This document shows, one piece after another, positions 12,062 through 19,690 of a DNA stretch of 64,000 nt. The position numbers were made by a program, and so were the translations under genes. The notes beneath the pieces were generated by a model, which saw nothing but the letters and a program-made list of their open reading frames with translations, ran no database searches and was not told the DNA's origin. This stretch comes from Polyangiaceae bacterium (GTDB lineage Bacteria > Myxococcota_A > Polyangia > Polyangiales > Polyangiaceae), in NCBI GenBank assembly GCA_020846005.1, contig JADLEQ010000081.1, forward strand, positions 8,783-72,782, read 5' to 3'. Numbering within the stretch: position 1 is the first letter of the stretch; each line of letters starts with the position of its first letter.

Positions 12062-13351
12062 TCAGTCCGAGTCGAACGGGATGATCTCGGTGTGCTCGAG
12101 GCCGGGGATCGCGGCCTGGAGCTCGCTCTGGAGCTCGCTCGCCGTGGCGACGACGGTGACGACGAGATCGCGCTCGGGGATGCGGGCGTGCACGGCCTCG
12201 TTGCAGGCCGCGAGCGTGACGGCGCGCACCTCGTCGAGGTAGCGGGAGTGGTATCCGGCCGGCAGGTCGTAGACGATCTCGTCGAGCTGGTGGGACGCGC
12301 GCTTGCCCGCCGTGTCGACGGAGAAGGCGTGCGACCGGACCAGGTAGCTCTTCGCCTGCGCGAGCTCCTCCGGGGTGATGCCGTCCCGTCGCCACGCCTC
12401 GAGCAGCTCCAGCTCCAGCCGAATGCAGGCCGCGGCGTCCGACGCCTTGGGGAAGGTCCACATCGTGAACGCCTGCCGGTGCCGATCGATGGGCAGGCCG
12501 GAGTAGGCGCCGTACGACCAGCCCCGCTTGCTCCGCACCTCACGGGTCAGCCTCGCGCTGAAGGTGCCGCCGAAGATGGTGTTGGCGACGTGGAGCGCTA
12601 CGTGATCGGGATCGTGGGGGTGGGTGCCGAGCCCACCGATCAAGATCTGCGTCTGCGTGCGCTCGGGCTTGTCCACGAGGATCAGGCGGCGGCCGGGGCG
12701 GGCCGTGGGCTCGGTGACGTCATCGGCGAGCCTGGGGCCGAGCCGGAGCGCGGTCGCGATCCGGTTCGCGATCTCCTGGGCGCGGGCTTCCGACAGATCG
12801 CCGGCGAACGCGAAGGCGAGGTTGCTGCTCGCGAACGTCCGCTCGAGGTGTGCGCGCGCGCTGGCCCGATCGAGGCGCGCGAGCGTCGCCGGCGTCCCAG
12901 CCGTGGGCCGCCCATACGGGTGGCCCTCGAACACCTTGCGGCGGAACCAGCGGCGGACGAGGCCGCGATCGTCGTCTCGCGCCTCGACCAGCTCGGCGAT
13001 CGTCTCGCGGCGGATGCGATCCAGCTCGGCCTCCGCCAGACCGGGCCGCGCCACCACGTCGATGACGAGATCGACGAGCGCGTCGAGGGACCGGGAGAGC
13101 ACGGTGCCGGAGAGCGTGGTCGTCGAAGGCGAGACCTCGGCGGAGAGCGCGGCGCCCAGCCGATCGATGCGGGCGTCGAGCTCCAGGGCGTCGAGTCCGC
13201 CGCCGGTGCGCCGCATGAGCTTCGTGGCGAGGCGCGCGAGGCCCTCGTGCCCCGGAGGGTCCGTGGCGGCGCCGCTGAAGCTCGAGATGGCGAACGTCAC
13301 GAGCGGCAGCGCCGCGCTCGACTCGACCACCACGTGCGTGGGGGCGCTCAC
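12062..13351 (-). CDS. M16 (pitrilysin) family peptidase, non-catalytic-type subunit
   Basis: 429 aa with M16-like fold signatures but no HxxEH motif. The GTG start overlaps the upstream M16 gene stop (GTGA at 13348-13351). Confidence 0.8.
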   Translation of the reverse strand: MSAPTHVVVESSAALPLVTFAISSFSGAATDPPGHEGLARLATKLMRRTGGGLDALELDARIDRLGAALSAEVSPSTTTLSGTVLSRSLDALVDLVIDVVARPGLAEAELDRIRRETIAELVEARDDDRGLVRRWFRRKVFEGHPYGRPTAGTPATLARLDRASARAHLERTFASSNLAFAFAGDLSEARAQEIANRIATALRLGPRLADDVTEPTARPGRRLILVDKPERTQTQILIGGLGTHPHDPDHVALHVANTIFGGTFSARLTREVRSKRGWSYGAYSGLPIDRHRQAFTMWTFPKASDAAACIRLELELLEAWRRDGITPEELAQAKSYLVRSHAFSVDTAGKRASHQLDEIVYDLPAGYHSRYLDEVRAVTLAACNEAVHARIPERDLVVTVVATASELQSELQAAIPGLEHTEIIPFDSD

Positions 13352-14772
13352 GCGGCCGCCTCGCCATCGCCCGTCGTGGCGTCGCCCGGAGTCCCCTCCG
13401 GGCGGACGATCACGACGGTGCGGGCGTCCGCGCGGAGGTAGCGGCGCGCGACGCGCAGCAGATCGCTCGGGCCGAGCGCAGCGAGCGCCTCCAGGCGCTC
13501 GAACGCGCCAGCCGGCCGCCGGAGCACCGTCTCGTAGAACCCGACGGTCGACGCCTTGCCCTCCGCCGTCTCCAGGCCCGACAGCAGCGCGAGCTCGAGG
13601 CGCGCGCGGCCGCGCTCCAGCTCGTCCGGCAGGACCGGCTCGGCGCGGACGCGCTCGAGCTCGCGGTCGAGCGCGTCGACCAGCTCTTCGGCCGTGTGGC
13701 CCGGGCGGGCCGCGACGCTCACCTCGATGAGGCTCGGATCGCGGAACGGCCCGACGAAGACGCGCACGTCCGTCGCGATCTCGAGCTCGCGCACCAGGCG
13801 CGCGTGGAGGCGGCTCGCGCGGCCGCCGGTCAACACCTCGGCGAGCAGGCTCACCGCGGGGTGGTCGAAATCGCCCATCGCCGGGCCGTGCCAGCCGACC
13901 GAGATCTTCTCGGTGGGGGTGGGCCGGCGGAGCTCACGCGTGCGGACGTCCGTCTGCGGGGGCTCGGGGTGCACGTCCTCGATGGGCAGCTCCGCGGGCG
14001 GCAACCCGCCGTAGGCGCGGCTCACCAGCTCGACGAGCGCGCGCGGCGTCACGTCCCCGGCCGCGACCACGATCGCGTCGTTCGGGGCGTAGTACGTGCG
14101 GTAGAACGCGCGGCAGTCCTCGGCGGTGAAGCCCTCGATGTCCGCCATCCAGCCGATGGTCGGGATGCCGTAGCCGTGGCACGTGAAGGCCGTCGACCAC
14201 AGCACCTCGTTCGCCGTGCCCTCGACGTCGTCCTCGACGCGGTAGCGGCGCTCGTTCGCCACGACCTCCTTCTCGCTCGCCACGATCTCGGGCGAGAGCA
14301 CGAGCCGGCTCATGCGCTCGGACTCGAGCCCCACGACCAGCGGGAGCGACTCGGCGGGGACGTTGATCGTGTACGAGGTCCAGTCGAGCCAGGTCGAGGC
14401 GTTGTTCTCGGCGCCGATCTCCTCCAGCCGGCGATCGAACTCCCCCTCCGGGAGCGTCTCCGTCTCGCGGAACATCAAGTGCTCGAAGAGGTGGGCGATA
14501 CCGGTCTTCCCGGGGCGCTCGTGGCGCGAGCCGACCCGGAACCAGGTGTGGTAGGCGACCACGGGTGCGGAGTGGTCCTCGATGAGCGCCACCTCGAGGC
14601 CGTTGGCGAGGCGATACCTCTCGACCTCCAGCGCCGGACCGAAGGCCACGGGCGGGAGGCGCTCCACCTGGCCCCAGTGTGTCGCGGCAGCGTTCAGCTC
14701 GGCCAGCCAGGCGGGCGCGGGCGGGTGCATCGGTCGTTCCATAACGCGCGCCCGGCTCGGCGAGAAGGCCAC
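13348..14772 (-). CDS. M16 (pitrilysin) family zinc peptidase, catalytic-type subunit
   Basis: GIAHLFEHLMFRETE contains the inverted zinc motif HxxEH, with NASTWLDWT downstream. The true start may be one of the internal ATGs (MERPMHP). Confidence 0.85.
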   Translation of the reverse strand: MAFSPSRARVMERPMHPPAPAWLAELNAAATHWGQVERLPPVAFGPALEVERYRLANGLEVALIEDHSAPVVAYHTWFRVGSRHERPGKTGIAHLFEHLMFRETETLPEGEFDRRLEEIGAENNASTWLDWTSYTINVPAESLPLVVGLESERMSRLVLSPEIVASEKEVVANERRYRVEDDVEGTANEVLWSTAFTCHGYGIPTIGWMADIEGFTAEDCRAFYRTYYAPNDAIVVAAGDVTPRALVELVSRAYGGLPPAELPIEDVHPEPPQTDVRTRELRRPTPTEKISVGWHGPAMGDFDHPAVSLLAEVLTGGRASRLHARLVRELEIATDVRVFVGPFRDPSLIEVSVAARPGHTAEELVDALDRELERVRAEPVLPDELERGRARLELALLSGLETAEGKASTVGFYETVLRRPAGAFERLEALAALGPSDLLRVARRYLRADARTVVIVRPEGTPGDATTGDGEAAA

Positions 14773-14791
14773 GGTCGCGGCGCCAGGCGGT

Positions 14792-16597
14792 TCACTGGTC
14801 GATCTTCAGGATGGCGAGGAAGGCGTCCTGCGGGACCTCGACGCTGCCGACGTTCTTCATCCGGCGCTTGCCCTCCTTCTGTTTCTCGAGGAGCTTCCGC
14901 TTGCGGCTGATGTCGCCGCCGTAGCACTTGGCGGTCACGTCCTTGCGCAGGGCCTTCACCGTCTCCCGGCTGATCACCTTGGAGCCGATCGCGGCCTGGA
15001 TCGCCACGTCGTACTGCTGTCGGGGCACGAGCTCCTTCAGCTTGGAGGCGAGAGCGCGGCCGCGGGTGTAGGCGGCCTCCTTGTGGACGATCACGCTGAG
15101 CGCGTCGAGCGGCTCGCCGTTCAGGAGCATGTCGAGCTTCACCAGGGCGTCGGCCCGGTAGCCCACCAGCTCGTAGTCCATGCTGGCGTAGCCGCGGGAG
15201 ACGCTCTTCAGCCGGTCGTGGAAGTCGAGGATGACCTCGGCGAGTGGGAGCTCGTAGGTGACGACCACGTGGTCGGGCGTGGCGAAGTGGATCCCGAGCT
15301 GTACGCCCCGACGCTCCTCGCACAGCGAGACGACCGCCCCGACGTGCTCGGCGGGTACGTGGATCGTGACCTTCATGATGGGCTCCTCGATCGTCTCGAG
15401 GACCGCCGACCCGGGCATCTTGGAGGGGTTGTCGACCAGCACCACCTCGCCCGACTTCGTGTGGGCGCGGTAGACCACGCTCGGGGCCGTCGTGATGAGA
15501 TCGATGTCGAACTCCCGCTCGAGGCGCTCCTGGATGATTTCCATGTGGAGGAGCCCGAGGAAGCCGCAGCGGAAGCCGAACCCGAGGGCGTCCGAGGTGT
15601 CCGGCTCGAAGGTGAACGAGGAGTCGTTCAGGTGGAGCTTCTTCAGCGCGTCGCGCAGGCTCTCGTACTCCGCCGAGTCCGTCGGGAAGAGCCCGGCGTA
15701 GACCATCGGCTTGACCTCCTTGAAGCCAGAGAGGGGCGCGGCGGCGGGGCGGCTCGCGTGGGTGACGGTGTCGCCGATCTTGGTGTCGACCAGGCTCTTG
15801 ATGTTGCAGGCGACGAACCCGACCTCGCCCGGCCCGAGGTCCGGCAAGGCGGTGGCGTGCGGCGTGAAGCACCCGATCTCGGTGACCTCGTAGACCCCGC
15901 CCGTGGCCATGAGGCGGATGGTGTCGCCGCGCCGGAGTGTCCCCGTCATCACGCGCAGCATGATGACGGCGCCCCGGTAGCTGTCGTACCAGGAGTCGAA
16001 GAGCAGCGCCTCGAGCGGCGCCTCGGGCTCTCCGGTCGGGGGCGGGATCCGCTCCACCACCGCCTCCAGCAGGTCGTGGACGCCCTGGCCCGTCTTGCCG
16101 CTGGCCAGGATCGCGCCGGAGCAGTCGAGCCCGATGACGCCCTCGACCATGGCGGCGGCGCGGTCCACGTCGGCGCTGGGCAGATCGATCTTGTTGAGGA
16201 CCGGGATGATGGAGAGGTCGTTGTCGAGCGCCAGGTAGACGTTGGCGACCGTCTGAGCCTGGACCCCCTGGGTCGCGTCCACCACGAGCAGCGCGCCCTC
16301 GCACGCGGCCAGGCTGCGGCTCACCTCGTAGCTGAAGTCGACGTGTCCCGGCGTGTCGATGAGCTGGAGCTGGTACTCGATGCCGTCCCGCGCCCGGAAC
16401 CGGAGGCGGACGCTCTGCGCCTTGATGGTGATGCCTCGCTCTCGTTCGAGCTCCAGCTTGTCGAGGAACTGGCTGACCTTCTCCCGCGCGGTGATGGCGC
16501 CCGTCTCGTCCAGGATCCGGTCGGCGAGCGTGCTCTTGCCGTGGTCGACGTGGGCGATGATCGAGAAATTGCGGATCCGGGAGGGGTCGGTCGCCAT
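14792..16597 (-). CDS. lepA: Translation elongation factor 4
   Basis: [41 protein letters not shown] and NKIDLPSA, plus the LepA C-terminal domain ...[25 protein letters not shown]. Confidence 0.97.
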   Translation of the reverse strand: MATDPSRIRNFSIIAHVDHGKSTLADRILDETGAITAREKVSQFLDKLELERERGITIKAQSVRLRFRARDGIEYQLQLIDTPGHVDFSYEVSRSLAACEGALLVVDATQGVQAQTVANVYLALDNDLSIIPVLNKIDLPSADVDRAAAMVEGVIGLDCSGAILASGKTGQGVHDLLEAVVERIPPPTGEPEAPLEALLFDSWYDSYRGAVIMLRVMTGTLRRGDTIRLMATGGVYEVTEIGCFTPHATALPDLGPGEVGFVACNIKSLVDTKIGDTVTHASRPAAAPLSGFKEVKPMVYAGLFPTDSAEYESLRDALKKLHLNDSSFTFEPDTSDALGFGFRCGFLGLLHMEIIQERLEREFDIDLITTAPSVVYRAHTKSGEVVLVDNPSKMPGSAVLETIEEPIMKVTIHVPAEHVGAVVSLCEERRGVQLGIHFATPDHVVVTYELPLAEVILDFHDRLKSVSRGYASMDYELVGYRADALVKLDMLLNGEPLDALSVIVHKEAAYTRGRALASKLKELVPRQQYDVAIQAAIGSKVISRETVKALRKDVTAKCYGGDISRKRKLLEKQKEGKRRMKNVGSVEVPQDAFLAILKIDQ

Positions 16598-16701
16598 CGG
16601 GCCGGCACTCCTAGCACCCTGTGCGAGGGTTCACGGGGAAGGGGGGACGCGCCCGCTGGGCGGACCGCGGCGCGCGGCACGCGAGGGCGCGCGCGGGGGG
16701 C

Positions 16702-16974
16702 TCAGGCGGGCTTCTCGGCCTCCGCGGGCCCGGACCGGCGCTCCTCCACGGCTGGCTTCCGCTCCGTGTCGGCCTGCCTGCGGGGGCGCGCAGCGGCCGG
16801 CTCGACCAGGCTCATCTGGCCGGGCAGCATGTGCTCGTACTTCTTCAGGACGAGGTCGATCCCCTCGCGGATGTAGACCGCGACGGGCACCTTCGTACGC
16901 CCGTGCAGGGTGTGGAGCTTCTCGTTCTGATCGGGCTCGATGTAGACGGTCGTGGAGATCTTCTTGCGAGACAT
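16702..16974 (-). CDS. Ribbon-helix-helix (CopG/Arc-like) small protein upstream of lepA
   Basis: 90 aa. MSRKKISTTVYIEPDQNEKLHTLHGRTKVPVAVYIREGIDLVLKKY fits a beta-strand, helix, helix pattern. The C-terminal tail looks disordered. Confidence 0.6.
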   Translation of the reverse strand: MSRKKISTTVYIEPDQNEKLHTLHGRTKVPVAVYIREGIDLVLKKYEHMLPGQMSLVEPAAARPRRQADTERKPAVEERRSGPAEAEKPA

Positions 16975-16998
16975 CGGCGGCCCGGGTTGCGAGCCACT

Positions 16999-17027
16999 AC
17001 CATAGATTCCAATACGTATGGTGTCAA
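16999..17027 (-). promoter_or_regulatory. Sigma70-like promoter candidate for the RHH-lepA unit, with a palindrome in the spacer
   Basis: The reverse strand reads TTGACA (17027-17022), a 17-nt spacer, then TATGGT (17004-16999), about 25 nt upstream of the ATG at 16974. The spacer holds the perfect 8-bp palindrome ATACGTAT (17012-17019), flanked by CCATA/TATGG arms. It lies in a locally AT-richer island of about 90 bp (about 16995-17085), which is unusual for this sequence. Confidence 0.35.
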
Positions 17028-17210
17028 ACGGAATGCGCCCGAACGACCGCCGAAAAGCATAACGATATCAATGTGTTGGTGCCACGCGCCCGGCGCCGGT
17101 CCCCGCCCTTGGCGAGGGCGCGGCGGCGCGCTCGGCCCGCTTGCCGCCGGGCGAAGGGCGCCGTAGCATCGCCCGGCTCTCAGAGGGTCGTCGAACCGAG
17201 GTCTCCGCTC

Positions 17211-17981
17211 ATGGTCAGCTTTCGTCCCCCCATCCCAGCCGCCGCGCTCCTCGCGGGGCTCGCCGCGGCGGCGTGCGGCGGCTCGGTGTCTACGGCCGGC
17301 CCGGCCACGCCCGAGGCGGGAGGCGTCACCCGACGCGACACGGCCATCGTCCACGAGGCGTGCGACCTGAAGGCCGCCGGCGGCGAGCTCCTCGACGCGA
17401 ACGGCGACGGGAAGGCCGACGTGACGATCGTCCGCAAGGGCGGCAGCGAGGTCTGCCGGGCGGTGGACCTCAACTTCGACGGCAAGATCGACGTGTTCGT
17501 CTACGTCGACGAGCAGGGGAAGGTTCGCCGGAGGGAGTCGGACTACGATCGGGACGGCCGCGTCGACGAGATCGCGGTCTTCCAGGCCGGCGCGCTCGCG
17601 GAGCTGCACCGGGCGTCGACGCTCCGCGGCAAGCTCGACACCTGGCAGTACTACCGCGGCGGGAAGCTGGCACGGACGGAGCGCGACTCGGACGGCGACG
17701 GCATCATCGATCAGTGGTGGGAGTACCCCGGCGTACCGGAGTGCCCGATGATCCACACCGACACCAACGGCGACGGCCGGCCGGATCCGGGCTCCACGGT
17801 CGACTACTGCAAGGAGACCGGCTACGTGCCGCCGGAGCGCCAAGGCTCGCAGAAGACGACGGGCCCGAGCTTCGAGCGTGCGGGTGGCGACACCCCCACC
17901 GAGGTGGACGACAAGCCAGCCGGCGGTGACGGCGAGAAGCCCGCTGGCGGGGACGAGAAGCAGCCGGAGGGAGACAAGTGA
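17211..17981 (+). CDS. Lipoprotein with repeated DxDxDG-type (calcium-loop-like) motifs
   Basis: Internal ATG of ORF 16353..17981 gives MVSFRPPIPAAALLAGLAAAACGG (lipobox). The repeats are DANGDGKADV, DLNFDGKIDV, DYDRDGRVDE, DSDGDGIIDQ and DTNGDGRPD. Confidence 0.7.
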   Translation: MVSFRPPIPAAALLAGLAAAACGGSVSTAGPATPEAGGVTRRDTAIVHEACDLKAAGGELLDANGDGKADVTIVRKGGSEVCRAVDLNFDGKIDVFVYVDEQGKVRRRESDYDRDGRVDEIAVFQAGALAELHRASTLRGKLDTWQYYRGGKLARTERDSDGDGIIDQWWEYPGVPECPMIHTDTNGDGRPDPGSTVDYCKETGYVPPERQGSQKTTGPSFERAGGDTPTEVDDKPAGGDGEKPAGGDEKQPEGDK

Positions 17982-18751
17982 TGGGTCTGTGGAAGGTGGC
18001 GGGCCTCGGCCCGCTCGCGATCGCCGGCCTCGCGGTCTGGGCGTGCGGTTCGGAGGCGCCCGCGCCGAGGGCGCCCGCGCAGGCGGGGACGGCCGTCAGC
18101 AAGTACGATGGCGGCGCCGACTCGACCCGGTGCGACTACCGCGGCCGGAACGACCGCGAGGTCGTGGAGGGGCGCGGCCCCGGCGCCACGGCGATGAGTA
18201 TCCGCAAGGTGTACGCTACGGTCGGCCAGGGCGAGGACGCCCGGAAGATCCTGGTGTGCCGTGAGGTGGACACGAACCTGGACGGCGTGATGGACATCGT
18301 CCGGACCTACAACGACAAGGGCGAGGTCGCCGCCGAGCAGGCGGACACCACCTACGACGGCGTGATCGACACCTGGCTGGTGTTCTCCAAGGGGCGCATC
18401 ATCAAGCGCCAGGCCGATCTCGACGGCGACGGTCGCCCGGACGAGACCGGCTTCTACGTCGACGGCAAGCTGAACCGTGTCCAGCGCGATACCAACCGCG
18501 ATGGCAAGCCGGACGTGTGGGAGATCTACGACGAAGGCCGCCTCGAGCGCATGGGCGTCGATCTCGACCGCGACGGACACGTCGATCGGTGGGACCGCGA
18601 CCAGGTCGCCCTCCGCCGGCTCGACGAGGAGGAGAAGGCGCGCGAGCGCGAGGAGGAGCGCAAGCGCGAGGAGGAGGAGCGCAAGCGCGCGAGCGACGCG
18701 GCGGACGGCGGAGTCGTCACAGACGCCCGGGTGAGCGCCCGCAAGCGCTGA
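17978..18751 (+). CDS. Paralogous lipoprotein with DxDxDG-type repeats and a charged KRE-rich tail
   Basis: ATGA overlap with the previous CDS. The lipobox is LAIAGLAVWACGS. The repeats are DTNLDGVMDI, DTTYDGVIDT, DLDGDGRPDE, DTNRDGKPDV and DLDRDGHVDR. The tail is EEEKAREREEERKREEEERKR. Confidence 0.7.
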   Translation: MMGLWKVAGLGPLAIAGLAVWACGSEAPAPRAPAQAGTAVSKYDGGADSTRCDYRGRNDREVVEGRGPGATAMSIRKVYATVGQGEDARKILVCREVDTNLDGVMDIVRTYNDKGEVAAEQADTTYDGVIDTWLVFSKGRIIKRQADLDGDGRPDETGFYVDGKLNRVQRDTNRDGKPDVWEIYDEGRLERMGVDLDRDGHVDRWDRDQVALRRLDEEEKAREREEERKREEEERKRASDAADGGVVTDARVSARKR

Positions 18752-18781
18752 GGGCACGCGGCGTTCGCCGCGCGCTGGTCG

Positions 18782-19690
18782 ATGGCCGCCGAACGACTGC
18801 AGAAGGTGCTGGCCCGCGCGGGCATCGCCTCACGGCGCGCGGCCGAGGAGCTGATCCGCGCCGGCCGCGTCCGGGTCGAGGGGCGCAAGGTCACGGAGCT
18901 CGGCCTGCAGGTCGATCCGGAGGCCAAGGTCGAGGTGGACGGCCGCCGCGTCCAACGGGAGCCGCTCGTGTACGTCCTCCTCCACAAGCCGCGTGGGGTG
19001 ATGACGACCCTGAGCGATCCAGAGGGTCGCCCCACGATCCGCGAGCTCCTTCGCGGGGTCGGCGCGCGGATCGTGCCCGTCGGGCGCCTCGACTTCAACA
19101 CGAGCGGCGCCCTGCTCTGCACCAACGACGGCGAGCTCGCGGCCAAGCTCATGCACCCCCGCACCCAGGCGCCCAAGGTGTACGTCGCCAAGGTGGCGGG
19201 GGTCGTCGACGATCGCGCGCGCGAACGCCTCTCGGAGAGCATCTGGATCGACGGGCGCCCCACCGCGCCCGCCGAGGTGCGAGTGCTCCGGGTCGAGGGG
19301 CAGAAGACCTGGATCCAGGTGACGCTCCGGGAGGGTCGCAACCGGCAGGTTCGCCGCCTGGGCGAGCAAGCCGGCCTGCCCGTGATGCGACTCGCGCGGG
19401 TGTCCCACGCCGGGATCGACACCGAGGGCCTGCGCCCCGGGCAGTGGCGGCACCTCGACGAGAAGGAGCTCCTCGCGCTCCGGGAGCGGTATGGCGTGCC
19501 GCGCCGCGTGAAGCTGCGACCGCCCGCGCCGACGCCGGCCGCGCCGGAGCGCTCCCGGCGCGTCACCGCGGCGAAGGCGCCGCAGGCGAAGGCGCCACAG
19601 GCGAAGCCGCTCACGGCCCGGGCGCGGTCCGGAGGTCGGCCGAGTCCGGCGGGGCCGACCAGTCCGCGAGGAAGAACCCGCCGGCCCTGA
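18782..19690 (+). CDS. rluB: 23S rRNA pseudouridine synthase (RsuA/RluB family)
   Basis: S4 domain: RLQKVLARAGIASRRAAEELIRAGRVRVEG. Catalytic motif: PVGRLDFNTSGALLCTNDGEL. The basic C-terminal tail is typical of RluB. Confidence 0.9.
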   Translation: MAAERLQKVLARAGIASRRAAEELIRAGRVRVEGRKVTELGLQVDPEAKVEVDGRRVQREPLVYVLLHKPRGVMTTLSDPEGRPTIRELLRGVGARIVPVGRLDFNTSGALLCTNDGELAAKLMHPRTQAPKVYVAKVAGVVDDRARERLSESIWIDGRPTAPAEVRVLRVEGQKTWIQVTLREGRNRQVRRLGEQAGLPVMRLARVSHAGIDTEGLRPGQWRHLDEKELLALRERYGVPRRVKLRPPAPTPAAPERSRRVTAAKAPQAKAPQAKPLTARARSGGRPSPAGPTSPRGRTRRP

